A stretch of DNA of 64,000 nt from Candidatus Binatia bacterium (lineage in GTDB: Bacteria; Desulfobacterota; Binatia; HRBIN30). The stretch spans positions 87,414 to 151,413 of the forward strand of contig JBBRSP010000013.1 of NCBI GenBank assembly GCA_038245295.1, read 5' to 3'. The position numbers and the translations under genes were made by a program. A model generated the notes under the pieces. That model worked only from the letters and a program-made list of their open reading frames with translations. It was not told where the DNA came from and did no database searches. This document shows, piece by piece, positions 19,501-29,500 of this stretch. Positions within the stretch are counted from its first letter, which is position 1; each line of letters starts with the position of its first letter.

Positions 19501-22500
19501 TGCCTGGTTGCTCACCTGCGTTACGCCAGCCGGCAACGGGTCGACAATGATGACCCGGAAGGTGATGGTCGTGCTAGCGCCGCCGCCGGGTAAGGTACCG
19601 ACGTCGACGACGAGATGGGTATCGCCGGGAGAATTACCAACAGTGACTACGCCGTCGTGGGTCTGAACCGATCCTACGACGAGTGTAGTGTTGCTGTCCG
19701 GCGTGTCGCTGATGCTCACACCGGCAGCGGCTTGATTGCCGGTATTGCGGAGTGTCAGATCGTAGCCGAGGGTGTCGCCGGGCGAAGGGAAACCGTCGGC
19801 GTCGGCATCCGTGAGCAGGAATACGGCTTTCGAGAGGGAGATCGCCGGGGTGGTTGTCACCGTGGTACGCGTGGGGTCATTGATTGCCGCGGTGTCGGGG
19901 GCATCGGTCAACTGGGTCGAGAAATTCCCACCACTCACCGAGCCTTGGTTTTGCACCGCCGTCACGTTGGCCGGCAGCGGGTTGTTGATCGTGGTGCGAA
20001 AGGTGATCGAAACCGTTTCATCGTTGCCTGGAATGGTGCCGACCAAGACATTGATCGACGTGTCACCCGGATTGTTTCCGACGCTTACGGTGCCGGCGCT
20101 CGTCTGAACCGAGCCGACGACCAACGCCATATTGGACTCGATCAGGTCATTGAAGGAAGTGCTCGCGCTGGCCGCATTCCCGCTATTCCGGATCGTCACG
20201 CGATAGAGCAGGGTATCGCCCGGCGACGGTTGCCCGTCGGCATCGGCATCGACCAGCAGCGTCGCCACCTTGGTAGCCTTGAGGACCGCCTCAACATCGA
20301 TAGTCGTCACGGTAGGATCGGCGTTGCCGGGTTGAGATGGATCATCGGTGACGGCGACGGGAAGCTCATTGCTGCTGATGTGTCCCTGGTTACTGAGCTG
20401 CGTCACTCCGGCGGCGACGGGATTGGCGACATCGATCAGGAATGTGATGGTAACCGAGCTGCCGGCCGGCAGGGTGCCCAGATCGACGCCGACGCTGGTG
20501 CTGCCGACGACATTCCCACTCGTGATGGTGCCCTGCGTTGTTGTCACCGAACCGGCGACCAGCGGAGCATTCCCATCCGGTGTGTCGTTGAAGAGCACAG
20601 CCGTCGCTGCTGCATCGCCGGTGTTCTGGATGGAGATGTCGTAACGCAGCCGATCACCCGGTGACGGGATGCCGTTGAAATCGTTGTCGCTCAGCAATGC
20701 CACGGTCTTGCTAGCGCGCAGGACGGGGTTCCCGGTGACCTGCGTAACCGTGGGATCGTTGGTTCCGTCGACGGACGGGTCGTCGGTCGACACCGTCGGC
20801 AACTCGTTGCTCGCCACGGTACCCTGGTTGCGAACACTCGTTACGCCTGGGGGCAACGCGTTGATGGTGACGTCGAAGGTAATGGTTGCGGCGCCGCTGG
20901 CCGCCACAGATCCGAGATCAATGGTCAGTGGCGGTGCTCCACCGTTGCCGCTGACGATCGAGCCTTGTGTGGTCGTGACCGAGCCCGGCACCAGGCTGGT
21001 GACGTTGTCGGGGATATCGTTGAACGCCACACTTGTCGCCACACCGTTGCCGCTGTTCGCGATGCTCACCTGGTAGCGCAGGACATCGCCGGGTGAGGCG
21101 ATGCCGTCGAGATCGTTGTCGGCGAACAGGATGGCGATCTTCTGCGCGCTCAGAACCGGCTTCGGCGTTGCGGTGCTGGTTGCGGTCTGCGTCGGACTGG
21201 GTGTTGCCGTCGGAGTCTGGGTTGGGGTGATGGTCGGGGTAGGGGTCGTCGTTGGTGTGGTCGTTGGCGTCGATGTCGGCACGGTCAGGGTGTCCGATGC
21301 GGGCAACGTGCTGGTGCCGGCATTGTTGCTAGCCAGCGTCGAGGAGCTGTTGCTGTACACGCCGCCGTTCGACACGGTGACGTTTACAGCGACCGTGCAC
21401 GAGCTGTTCGCCGCGACCGAGCCGTTGTTGTAGCGCACCCCCACATCGCCGACGTTCAGGCTGCCGTTCGCCGCGTCGGCGATCGTGCCACCGCAGGTAT
21501 TTACGACTGTCAGGTTGGCAATCGTCATGGCGCCGGGGGTGATCGGAAAGACATCGGTGAATGCCGGATTGGCCAGAGCCACGGCCACCAGGTTGGTGTT
21601 GGTCAACGTGAAGGTCAGGGTGCTTACGCCGCCACCGAAGATGGGATCGGGCGAGAAGCTTTTGGTGATCGTCGGGCTGTTGCCGAGCACCGTAAGGTTG
21701 ACGACGGCGCTGGCGGTGCCGGCCGTTTGTGTTTGGTTGGTCAGGACGCCGGAAGCCTGGTTGGGATAGACGCCGGGCAAAAGCGAGGTGACCACGACGG
21801 TCACGGTGCACGTGCCAGGGCTTCCAGCTGGGATGGTGAGGCCGCTGAAGCTGAGATTCGTCTGACCCGTGGTGAAGGTATTCGCCGCCACACCGACGCA
21901 GGTTCCGCCGGCGGACTGGTTGCCATTGATCGAGATACCCCCCAGCGTGTCGCTGAAGCTGGCGCCGGTCAAACCACCCGGCAACAAGGCGGCGCTGTTC
22001 GGGTTCGACAGCGTGAAGGTGATGGTACTGGTCGAACCGACCGGGATCGATACCGGATTGAATGCCTTGATGATGGATGGCTTGGAGACCACGACGAGGA
22101 TTGCGCTGGCCGGATCCGGGTTCGTCGAGCCCTCGACCGTCGATACAGCGTTCGCCGGGATCGTATTCGTATAGGACCCCGGGCTCGCCGCTACCGGTAC
22201 ATTGACATTACATGCCCCGCCGGCCGCCAGGAGTGCGCCATCCACTTCGATCTGCGTTCCGCCGAGCGGCGCAATCACGGTTGCGCCACTACACGACGTG
22301 GTCGCCGCACCAGCCACGGTCAGTCCTGCCGGCAGGGTATCGATCACACCCGGGGCGCTGAGGGTTCGAGTCACGGTATTGCTGTTGTAGAGAACGAGGG
22401 TCAGGATGCTCTGCCCGCCCGCCTCGAGGGGATTGGGGGTGAAGAATTTGCCGATGTTGACGTTGCGCAGGATGGTCAACGTTGCGGAAGGTGAGTTGTT

Positions 22501-24954
22501 ATTGGTCACTCCTTCCGTCGAACCTATGGCGCCAACAGGAATCGTGTTGATGTGGTTGCCGTCGACGTAGCCGGTGACATTTACGGCGATGGTGCAAACC
22601 GAGTTCGCGGTGATGCTGGCGCCGGACAGGCTGAACTGGCTGGTGCCCGGCACCGCGGTTACGGTACCGGCGCTGCAGCCGCTGCCGCTGAAGCTCGGGT
22701 TGGCGTTCGCGTGCACTTGCAAGTTCGCCGGCAGAACGTCGGTGAGCGACACATTGGTGAGATTGAAGGCGCCAGGCTGGTTGTTGGAGATGGTAATCTG
22801 CGCCGTCACCGGTGCGCCGCCGTTGCTGACGACGGGGAGGAACGCCTTGTTGAGGGATACGGCGGAAACGGCGCGGGTCAGTGTGGCACTGGCCGTGGTG
22901 TTGTAGGTCGCGCCCTCAGCGGTGGTCAGAGCATTGGCGGCGAGCGTATTCACCGACGACCCCACCGTGACCGGTGTCTTGATGTTGACCTGGATGGTGC
23001 AGCTGGTGGCCCCGACACCGAGGAATCCGCCGGACAACGACAGGGTGAGCGCCGCCGGCACGGCCGTGACCGTTCCGCCACAGGTGTTCACGACGTTCGG
23101 CGTCGCCGCCACGCTGTGACCGGCCGGGAGGTTGTCGGTGATCCCCATATTGGAGAAGGCAACGACGCCAGCCGTATGGCTGATCGTGATCGTCATTCGC
23201 GAAACACCCCCCGGCACAACGGTCGCCGGAGCGAAAGACTTCGCCACATTGGCGGCGCGCGACACGGTCAATGTGGCGGTTGCGGCGTTCTGATTGCTTC
23301 CGCCATCGGTCACCAGGGCGTTCGCGGCGACCGTGTTGGTGCGACTCCCGTTGGTCGCATTGATCGACAGTGCGATCGGGACGACGACGGCGCAGTTGCC
23401 GTTGGCCGGAATGATGCCACCGGTAAGGCTGATCGACGTGGCCCCGGGCGGCGCGGTCAGGACGCTGCCGCACGATGTCGAGGCAGCCGGGGCGCTGCCG
23501 ACCGTGAAACCGGTGCCGAGCGTGTTCAGATCGTCGACGAACGAGCTGATCGCCGCCGGCGCGCTGCCGGCATTGGCGAGGATGATGGTCAGCGTTGTGC
23601 TTCCACTCTGCACCGGTGTCGCCGGGCTAAACGACTTGGCCACCGTCACCGGGCTGGCCAACACCGTGAGCGTCGCATTGGTGGCGACGTAGTTGATGCC
23701 ACTGAACGTGCCGGCCGGAATCACGTTGACCAGCGCGCCCGATGTGTCGCCGCGCACCACAGCGGTGACGGTGCAGGCACCAGAGCCATTGATGTTCGGG
23801 TTGCTGGCTAGCGGGATGGTGCCGCCGGTGAGCTGAATCTGGTTGGCCGTGAAGGAGGCTGAGCCGCCGCATGTTGTCGACACCGGACCGACAGCGGTGA
23901 TGCCGGCAGGCAAATTGTCGATCAGGGCAGCGCCGGTAATCGCCGTCGGGTTATAGTTGCGCAAGGTGAGGGTGATGGTTGACGTCGCGCCGGCGAAAAT
24001 CGTCGCCGGGGAAAAGGCTTTGGTCACCTGGGCACCGGTCTGAACCGTGATGCTGCCGCTGATCGCGGCGCTGTTCGATGCACCCTGCGTAGTTGTGATT
24101 GTATTGGCGGCAAGCGTGTTGGTGACCGACGCGTTCTGCGCCACGCTGGCGCGGGCGCTGTCGACCGTGACGCGCACGGTGATCGTACAGGAGCTGTTGG
24201 CAGCGATCGACGCACCGGTCACGCGGAAGCCAGTGTCGTTCGGATCGAGACTGCCGCCAGCCGCATCGGTGAAGCTGCCGCCGCAAGTGCCGCCGGTGGC
24301 AACCGGGCTGGCGATGACCAGGGGCACAGGCAGGTTGTCCGTAACGGAAAGATTGGTGAGCCCGCGGATGTTGGGGTTCGAGAGCGTGATGGTCACCAGG
24401 CTCGAGCCGGTGATGTGAACCGCGGTGCCCGTCAGACTCTTGGTGCCGGTGAGCGCCAGAGTGTTCGCTACAGTCAGCGTCGCGCTTGCCGCGGCTGGAT
24501 TGGCGCCCTGACTCGATGTCACCCCTGCGGCTGGAATAGTGTTGACGTAGGTTCCGGAAGTATTCGAGGTAACCACGACACTGATCGCGCAGGTGCCAGA
24601 GCTAGTGCCGGTTCCGGCCGGCACGGTGCCGCCGCTGAGCGAGACGCTGGTGTTCGGTAGAATTGCCACACTTCCACCGCAGCTATTGGCGCTCACCGAG
24701 CTGACCACGACACTGGCGGGGAGCGTGTCGGTGAACGACGCGCCCGTCGCCGGCACCATGGCCGAGTTGAAAAGCTGGATGGTCAGCGTCGAAGGATCAC
24801 CGGGGAAGATGTTGATTGGGCTGAAGCTTTTGTTCACGTCGACGACGGCGAGCGCCGACGCAGCGTAAACCGAGAGGGCAAAAACAATGCCGAGACCCTT
24901 CAAAACGGTGCCGCCCACACTGCGGCGAAGTGTTACAAATGGCTGAATTGTCAT
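16537..24954 (-). CDS. Giant secreted repeat protein (DUF11/Ig-like adhesin), 2805 aa
   Basis: Signal peptide; 9 repeats of K(S/A)FxP...DxLP...C...C...N; T/P linker; 8 repeats with DxDxDG..SPGD; terminal DUF11-like repeat and Cys-containing C-terminal domain. Confidence 0.88.
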   Translation of the reverse strand: MTIQPFVTLRRSVGGTVLKGLGIVFALSVYAASALAVVDVNKSFSPINIFPGDPSTLTIQLFNSAMVPATGASFTDTLPASVVVSSVSANSCGGSVAILPNTSVSLSGGTVPAGTGTSSGTCAISVVVTSNTSGTYVNTIPAAGVTSSQGANPAAASATLTVANTLALTGTKSLTGTAVHITGSSLVTITLSNPNIRGLTNLSVTDNLPVPLVIASPVATGGTCGGSFTDAAGGSLDPNDTGFRVTGASIAANSSCTITVRVTVDSARASVAQNASVTNTLAANTITTTQGASNSAAISGSITVQTGAQVTKAFSPATIFAGATSTITLTLRNYNPTAITGAALIDNLPAGITAVGPVSTTCGGSASFTANQIQLTGGTIPLASNPNINGSGACTVTAVVRGDTSGALVNVIPAGTFSGINYVATNATLTVLASPVTVAKSFSPATPVQSGSTTLTIILANAGSAPAAISSFVDDLNTLGTGFTVGSAPAASTSCGSVLTAPPGATSISLTGGIIPANGNCAVVVPIALSINATNGSRTNTVAANALVTDGGSNQNAATATLTVSRAANVAKSFAPATVVPGGVSRMTITISHTAGVVAFSNMGITDNLPAGHSVAATPNVVNTCGGTVTAVPAALTLSLSGGFLGVGATSCTIQVNIKTPVTVGSSVNTLAANALTTAEGATYNTTASATLTRAVSAVSLNKAFLPVVSNGGAPVTAQITISNNQPGAFNLTNVSLTDVLPANLQVHANANPSFSGSGCSAGTVTAVPGTSQFSLSGASITANSVCTIAVNVTGYVDGNHINTIPVGAIGSTEGVTNNNSPSATLTILRNVNIGKFFTPNPLEAGGQSILTLVLYNSNTVTRTLSAPGVIDTLPAGLTVAGAATTSCSGATVIAPLGGTQIEVDGALLAAGGACNVNVPVAASPGSYTNTIPANAVSTVEGSTNPDPASAILVVVSKPSIIKAFNPVSIPVGSTSTITFTLSNPNSAALLPGGLTGASFSDTLGGISINGNQSAGGTCVGVAANTFTTGQTNLSFSGLTIPAGSPGTCTVTVVVTSLLPGVYPNQASGVLTNQTQTAGTASAVVNLTVLGNSPTITKSFSPDPIFGGGVSTLTFTLTNTNLVAVALANPAFTDVFPITPGAMTIANLTVVNTCGGTIADAANGSLNVGDVGVRYNNGSVAANSSCTVAVNVTVSNGGVYSNSSSTLASNNAGTSTLPASDTLTVPTSTPTTTPTTTPTPTITPTQTPTATPSPTQTATSTATPKPVLSAQKIAILFADNDLDGIASPGDVLRYQVSIANSGNGVATSVAFNDIPDNVTSLVPGSVTTTQGSIVSGNGGAPPLTIDLGSVAASGAATITFDVTINALPPGVTSVRNQGTVASNELPTVSTDDPSVDGTNDPTVTQVTGNPVLRASKTVALLSDNDFNGIPSPGDRLRYDISIQNTGDAAATAVLFNDTPDGNAPLVAGSVTTTQGTITSGNVVGSTSVGVDLGTLPAGSSVTITFLIDVANPVAAGVTQLSNQGHISSNELPVAVTDDPSQPGNADPTVTTIDVEAVLKATKVATLLVDADADGQPSPGDTLLYRVTIRNSGNAASASTSFNDLIESNMALVVGSVQTSAGTVSVGNNPGDTSINVLVGTIPGNDETVSITFRTTINNPLPANVTAVQNQGSVSGGNFSTQLTDAPDTAAINDPTRTTVTTTPAISLSKAVFLLTDADADGFPSPGDTLGYDLTLRNTGNQAAAGVSISDTPDSNTTLVVGSVQTHDGVVTVGNSPGDTHLVVDVGTLPGGGASTTITFRVIIVDPLPAGVTQVSNQAQATGANFPAEPSSDPTTALDRDPTITQVTAGPAGQGTKTATLFVDADGDGAPSPGDTLLYLFAFTNTGNGSVGSVTAVDNPDPNTTLVVGSVQVSQGTVTSGNSPGDTSIGVDVGTIPGRGGRVTGSFLATINSPLPPGVTQVANQAQGFVFGFPSGGTDDPTTAAPNDATVTHVTAAPAGSADKTATLFNDADGNTVPSPGDTLLYRIDIVNSGNSAATGAFLNDNLDPNTTLVVGSVQATQGTITSGNSPGDSAVGITIGTVPGGGGRFTASFLATINSPLPAGVTRVANQAVGGSNELPFVATDDPSTSTPNDATGTVVTAAPLLEVSKRDSLFTDADGDNAPSPGDTLLYVIQVNNSGNIAATLTRLTDAIDTNAVLVVGSVQTSAGTVSSGNNPGDTSVAVAMGSIPGLGGAVTVRFLVTITDPLAPGVTQISNQALVSSNELPTVASDDPDTAPLHDPTVTLVTAGGAGTAEKRAVLFTDADGNGVPSAGDTLLYLIDFTNTGNGAVTGISAIDDPDPASTLVVGSVRISQGTITSGNNPGDTRVAADVGTIPGRGGSVSTSFLVTINNPLPPGVTQLSNQAQGFIFGFPTGGTDDPATAAPGDATITQVTAALVPATPTSTSASRTATPTRTSTFIPGTGAPDLRLVKRHSGSFRPGQRGTYTLTLTNVGSSATAGVTTIIDDLPVGLTYASASGSGWACSAFAQRVTCLHANSLAVGVIATITLDVVVANDAPAVVVNIASVSTANDTNAGNNQSSDVTNIQGGVVAPVGSLTPTRTVIAGIPTATRTPVANLATRTPTGTPVPGAPTATVTPFTAVGPCLGAKTLKFIWTAQRPHEVQLQLSATRCPAPPGCYLPPLNDSVIQAPIDIAVVDAAGATIATTLPGPPLSQGRGCPGGSDAFCSTQLLLHHTDRMHFVYGTNGLTTLRAKLHIELAGSFPTLRSPLDLSIRDASGYFAFARYPICTTRVVRSITSVQCRG

Positions 24955-25386
24955 CTCGACTCCTCACGCTGCAACCAGGCAGATTCGGGCTCGACGACGC
25001 GCCGCACGTGGATGCAGAAACGCCGAGGGGCTTGTGGACAACCGTTCGCAAGCAACGTCTGGATTCTTCAGTCACTGGCATCGCTCTGGCCCGCGTGGTT
25101 GCGATGCCTTCAGTGGGTGTGTGCCAAACAGAATTTACCGTAGGCTCATTTGTGGGGGTAACAAGCACCGCAGACTACCCGCGTAGGTCTACGTGGCTTG
25201 CCGGCGGCGCGCGCCGCCCCGCAGCGCGCCGGCTGGAGCCGGCGACTACCGTCTCGCTTATCGCTGGTCTGCTTTGTTTTGCCCTGAGGCGGGGCGCGGA
25301 TTTCAGACAGCGATGCGTTGCGGCCGGCCGCGTTCATCGAGGACGGCGTTGGCTGGTTGAGCCTTCGACCAGTTTAGGGGCGATCT

Positions 25387-25410
25387 CGTAGGGGCGGTTC
25401 GCGAACCGCC
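25387..25410 (+). repeat. GTAG-type REP palindrome
   Basis: CGTAGGGGCGGTTCGCGAACCGCC; the reverse complement of its first half occurs at 37949-37961. Confidence 0.6.
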
Positions 25411-25768
25411 TGGCGATCCGGCGGTGCTGACAGCTGACGCTTCGCTGCTGCGTGCGGCGTTTCTCGCTTCGTTCCACGGTGCATGTCCGGCTGCGGGCAC
25501 CAATCACAACCATCGCCGCCGCTACTAGTACTCCGAGAGTCTGCCTCTTGTCATCGAGCGAGCCCCAGAAAGCCGACCGCCGAGCGGCAATCAGCCGCGC
25601 GGCGCCCTGGCCGCGTCGGCTGCAACGTTCTTCTTCGGCCCTCGGCCATCGCATCGGTTCAGCCACCAACATGATCCTGCATTGCGAAGAACTAGATGAC
25701 GACGAAAGGCTCACGTTCGAAACCGTTGCCGCGCACGATGACTCCACGAACCCGAGGTTGGTTGCCAC

Positions 25769-25846
25769 GGATGAACACAGATACACACCGACGCAGGCCT
25801 GCGGCCCGCCGGCTCTTTGCCGTTGGCAAGCCATCTGTGTTCATCC
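25769..25846. repeat. REP-like inverted repeat element
   Basis: Perfect 14-bp IR GGATGAACACAGAT (25769-25782) / ATCTGTGTTCATCC (25833-25846). Confidence 0.6.
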
Positions 25847-25896
25847 CATTCATCTGTGCCAATATTTCTGCACTCGCGCTCTCGCGGTGGGCACAA

Positions 25897-25960
25897 GCCG
25901 AACGCCGAGCTTCTGCGGCGCGCGCGATTTTCGCGCGTCCGCAGCAAGCAATCGTTAGGC
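25897..25960 (-). mobile_element. Integron attC recombination site (no integrase in window)
   Basis: Minus strand GCCTAAC-GATT-GCTTGCTGCGGACGCGCG-AAAAT-CGCGCGCGCCGCAGAAGC-TCGGC-GTTCGGC: R''/L''/L'/R' layout with extrahelical bases, 28 bp downstream of a - strand ORF. Confidence 0.75.
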
Positions 25961-25988
25961 ATACCGGTTGTGGTCTCAGGATCAAGGA

Positions 25989-26381
25989 TTACGGACCTTT
26001 CGTAAATCCTGACAGGTTTGAGGCCAAGTCCGAATAATCTGTTGGACCGTGGGCAGCGCCGTGTTCGTGCTCCATATATTCGGAAATCCGAACAAGGCAA
26101 TCGGTGGCGCAATACAACCCCCACCCGGCGTTCTCGCAGTTCGAAACAGCATCGCGCTCGTAGTCATCGGCTGCTTGCGAATTTCCGCCGCCGCGCTCCA
26201 GCCGGGCCAGCCTGATGTAGGTGAGCGCTTTGTCTGCGAAGTGGGCGTTAGCACCCCACGAAGGACGCGCCGCATGAATCTCATCCGATTCATCCAAGAA
26301 GGACAGCAGTGCCTCACGATAGCCCGCAGCGTCGCCCATCGTTCGTTGTAGATCAACATTGCCGGAGTACCGCGCCAGCAA
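25989..26381 (-). CDS. Hypothetical helical protein, probable gene-cassette ORF (start uncertain, possibly 5'-truncated)
   Basis: Protein-like composition (ALTYIRLARLE) and position directly upstream of an attC. Confidence 0.45.
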   Translation of the reverse strand: MLARYSGNVDLQRTMGDAAGYREALLSFLDESDEIHAARPSWGANAHFADKALTYIRLARLERGGGNSQAADDYERDAVSNCENAGWGLYCATDCLVRISEYMEHEHGAAHGPTDYSDLASNLSGFTKGP

Positions 26382-26937
26382 GATGATCGCATTACCTTCT
26401 AAACCGGCGGGGCTTGCGAACTGAAATGCGACCGTTGTTCTAAAAAGCAGCGTCCGGAAATTGTTTATGCATAGGTTTGGTCAGCAGACCTTAGGATATA
26501 GTAGTTACGTGTCGAGCGAGTTCACTATCCATTGGCTGACGCTTCTCTCGCCGGGCGTTTGGTGCCGGCTCCGCCGCTTTCTCCTGTCGATCGATTCTCA
26601 TTTGAATCTCAACGCTCCCGGGTTGTTTTGGGGCGCTGTGCTTGGTGGCTTGGCCTTCCTGCGAAAAAAAGTGTGTCCCAATGAAAATAGTCGGGAGCGT
26701 TCGCCTCCCCCTGGAAACAACTGCTGGTGGCCGTGGGGAAGCAGCAGCACGGCGTCGGCTTCCGGGTGTCTGCCGCTTGGTCGGATGTTCAGGATGACGA
26801 CGCCGCGTTCCGGGTCGGCGGTGAGGATGTCCGGCGCGGCCGCCGCGATGATAGCCGGCGGCGCGGCGCCGGGGCGCGGCGGCAGGAGTTGTTTCCAGGC
26901 ATCGAAGTGAGCGGACTGGCTGTGTCTCAGCAAGGGA

Positions 26938-29478
26938 CTATTCTGCTGCGGAACTTTGCTGGGCGGGGTCGGCGCGGATCCGGCGCCCGTCCCGCACCGT
27001 TTGCTCACGCTGCCATTGCAGCCGCACGGTGGTCAGGTACCGGTCGATCTCGAGATGTACCGCCCCGTTGCGGATGGGCAGCGCAGCGAGGTTGCGTTCG
27101 TTGCTGTCGGCTAGCCAGGCCCTACGGATCTCGACACCCAACTCGTCTGCCAGGGCGAGCGCGGTCGTTCGTGGCACTCCGCCGGCTCCCCAATTGCGGA
27201 GCCGCACCACGATCCCGTCGCCCCGGTGCGCTGGTTTGACGGCGATGACTTCAACGAGGCAATCGTCCACCCGCGCGATCCAGCGTGGCTCGGGGCGACC
27301 TGCGGTTCGATCGACACACGATTGTAACGCGCGCCCCGCCTCGATCAGCGCCGCCTGGTCCGCATGCTCGAGCCATCGCAATGCGATGTCGGTAATCTGT
27401 GTGCCGCGCTCGTGCCCCCTGGCGGGCGCCAGCACGGGCACGAATCCGAATGCGACCTCCTTGGTAGCCGTCCGTGCCACCACGATCTCGACGAGCCCGG
27501 CGACGGTGGCGTGCAGCGCCGTCGGCACAGCGGCGGCGAATACCAGCCCGGCGGCTGCTTGAGCAGCGTCCTGCAGCGCTGCAGCAAAGGAGTGAAGCGG
27601 CCAGAACGTCGGCTCGTACCAGCGTTGGAGTGGCCGGGTGACCACGCCTCCTGGCTGGTGCATCAGTAGGGACGAGATGGAGGAACGTTGGTGGATCGAA
27701 AGCGTGACGGTGCGCCGGTCGGGTGCCTCGATCGAAGTGGTCACCACGATGTTCGGGTGGTGGGCCGACAGCTCCACCGATACTTGGGTTTCGCGGTTAT
27801 CCAGTGCGCCCAGGACAGTGAGGTGAGCCCCCTCATCGCGGCAGGAGACCGTGATCCGCGCCGGATGGTGAATGGAGCGATCCGCGACGGCAAAGCGACC
27901 GCCCCAGAACTCACTACCCATGCGCCAGAGCCCGCCGCTCTCCATATAGCTCACCAACTCGAGGCTGGGCGCCGCGAGCAGCTCATTCCCCGCCGCGTCC
28001 TCGAGGCTCACCAGCGTGCCACCACGCGCCTCGTCGAATACGGCAGTCAGCCATTTTGTCGTCACCTGTACGACCGAGCCCTCACGCGTAAAGGACGGCA
28101 GAGAATCGGATCTCCGATCGTTCGCGTCGCAACGGGTGATGGCGACGCCGGCGAAACGATCGCCGGTGGTGGCGCCCCCTGGCGGACTGGCCAGAGCAGC
28201 CCGCAGCCAGGGCCACTGTTCGCCGTTCGTGACCCGATCGGGCGCCGTGCCGGTGATGAAGTCATGGTGGTTCGAGGTCACCGCGGTCCACCAGGCCGCC
28301 GTCTCCCCGGACGCCGGCAGCGACGGCGAGGTCGGCCCACCCGGCGCTACCAAATTGCGGGCTCGTTCATTGTCGGCGGCTACGAGGTGGCGGCTGAGAT
28401 CCCTGCAGGCGCGCTTCAGGCCGGGTCGAGACGCGTAGAAACCCATCCAATATGGATTGGGATCCAGGCGGAGCGTCGGCAGCGCGGCGCGGTGGTGCGC
28501 AACCAGATCGAGGTAGTCGTCGAGCCCTGCATTCACGACCCACACGCCCTGGCGTTCGTAGGTGGCCTGGTTGAAGCGGTCCAGCAGCTCGACGAGACGC
28601 GGGATGGGTCTCACGAAATCGGATCCGATCGCCAGCAAGAGATAGGGGGTGCGGGCTAGTCGTGACAGCTCCTCGATGTACCCCTCGATACGGGTGGCAA
28701 CGCGATGCTCGCGCCGGTCGGGCCAGGCAGCGGGAAGACCCAAGACCCGGCTCAGCCCGCCGCTGGCGATGAGATCGCCATGCCCGTAGCCGTAGGCGTG
28801 CCAGTGGGTGAGCACCTCACTGCCATCGGGACCGCACCAGATGAAGTCGGCGGTCTTTTCGGCAGTGAGCTTTGCAGCGCTTGTCCCCGGTCGCGGAAAG
28901 TTGGCCGCCGACTCCCACTCGGCGGCGGGGAATCGCATGCCGTCGATGCGACATATCGCGGCGTAGGGCACGCCGGCGGCACTGAGGAGCGAAGGGATGC
29001 CGGGCGAGTGACCGAAGCTGTCGGGCAGGTAAAGCGTCCGAGGCTCCTGGTTCATTCCCCGCGATCGGAGCCACTCCTGGCCGATCAGAAGGTCACGCAG
29101 AAGACACTCGTCCTCGGGAAGCAACGTATCAGGTGTGGTCACCCCGCTGCCGGTGAAGCGCAGGCGCCCTTCATTCACGAGCTGTCGAAAGATCGAGCGC
29201 TGCTGCGGACATCTCTCCCAGTACATGTCTGGGAAGAAGGCGCACTCCAGGCTGAAGACGCGACGCGGTTCCAGCAGCAGCTCCGCGATGGCCCGATCGA
29301 GGGTGCGGCGCACGCAGAAGCGGAAGTACTGCCGAGACGTCAACAGCCAGTCGGGATCCCAGTGCGAGGACTCGGTCACCACCATCACTTGGACAGCATC
29401 CAGGGGTACACCCAGACGCTGGCGGAGGTCAGTCTCGCTCGGCACCGAGCCTGTCAACGCCGACCCGGTCGTCGTCAT
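26938..29478 (-). CDS. Glycoside hydrolase family 38 (alpha-mannosidase-like)
   Basis: SSHWDPDWL, YLPDSFGH (nucleophile motif), NHHDFITGT, C-terminal VKPA..GDGIVVRL; start placed at ATG 29478. Confidence 0.8.
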   Translation of the reverse strand: MTTTGSALTGSVPSETDLRQRLGVPLDAVQVMVVTESSHWDPDWLLTSRQYFRFCVRRTLDRAIAELLLEPRRVFSLECAFFPDMYWERCPQQRSIFRQLVNEGRLRFTGSGVTTPDTLLPEDECLLRDLLIGQEWLRSRGMNQEPRTLYLPDSFGHSPGIPSLLSAAGVPYAAICRIDGMRFPAAEWESAANFPRPGTSAAKLTAEKTADFIWCGPDGSEVLTHWHAYGYGHGDLIASGGLSRVLGLPAAWPDRREHRVATRIEGYIEELSRLARTPYLLLAIGSDFVRPIPRLVELLDRFNQATYERQGVWVVNAGLDDYLDLVAHHRAALPTLRLDPNPYWMGFYASRPGLKRACRDLSRHLVAADNERARNLVAPGGPTSPSLPASGETAAWWTAVTSNHHDFITGTAPDRVTNGEQWPWLRAALASPPGGATTGDRFAGVAITRCDANDRRSDSLPSFTREGSVVQVTTKWLTAVFDEARGGTLVSLEDAAGNELLAAPSLELVSYMESGGLWRMGSEFWGGRFAVADRSIHHPARITVSCRDEGAHLTVLGALDNRETQVSVELSAHHPNIVVTTSIEAPDRRTVTLSIHQRSSISSLLMHQPGGVVTRPLQRWYEPTFWPLHSFAAALQDAAQAAAGLVFAAAVPTALHATVAGLVEIVVARTATKEVAFGFVPVLAPARGHERGTQITDIALRWLEHADQAALIEAGRALQSCVDRTAGRPEPRWIARVDDCLVEVIAVKPAHRGDGIVVRLRNWGAGGVPRTTALALADELGVEIRRAWLADSNERNLAALPIRNGAVHLEIDRYLTTVRLQWQREQTVRDGRRIRADPAQQSSAAE

Positions 29479-29500
29479 TCGGCGGGCGTCGGGTTGCTCA

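Noticed and set aside
16684..23811. Long + strand ORFs (783, 349, 419 aa) opposite the adhesin
   Set aside because: Antisense shadows of a GC-rich repetitive gene; Arg-rich with no recognisable motifs
24960..25380. Possible riboswitch (e.g. c-di-GMP) in the adhesin leader
   Set aside because: GC hairpins are present but I could not match conserved riboswitch motifs; an Rfam/Infernal scan would decide
26598..26930. Possible transposase C-terminal remnant on the - strand (PDILTADPERGVVILNI...LFPG)
   Set aside because: Only a vague resemblance; no catalytic motif or IS ends identified; needs an HMM search
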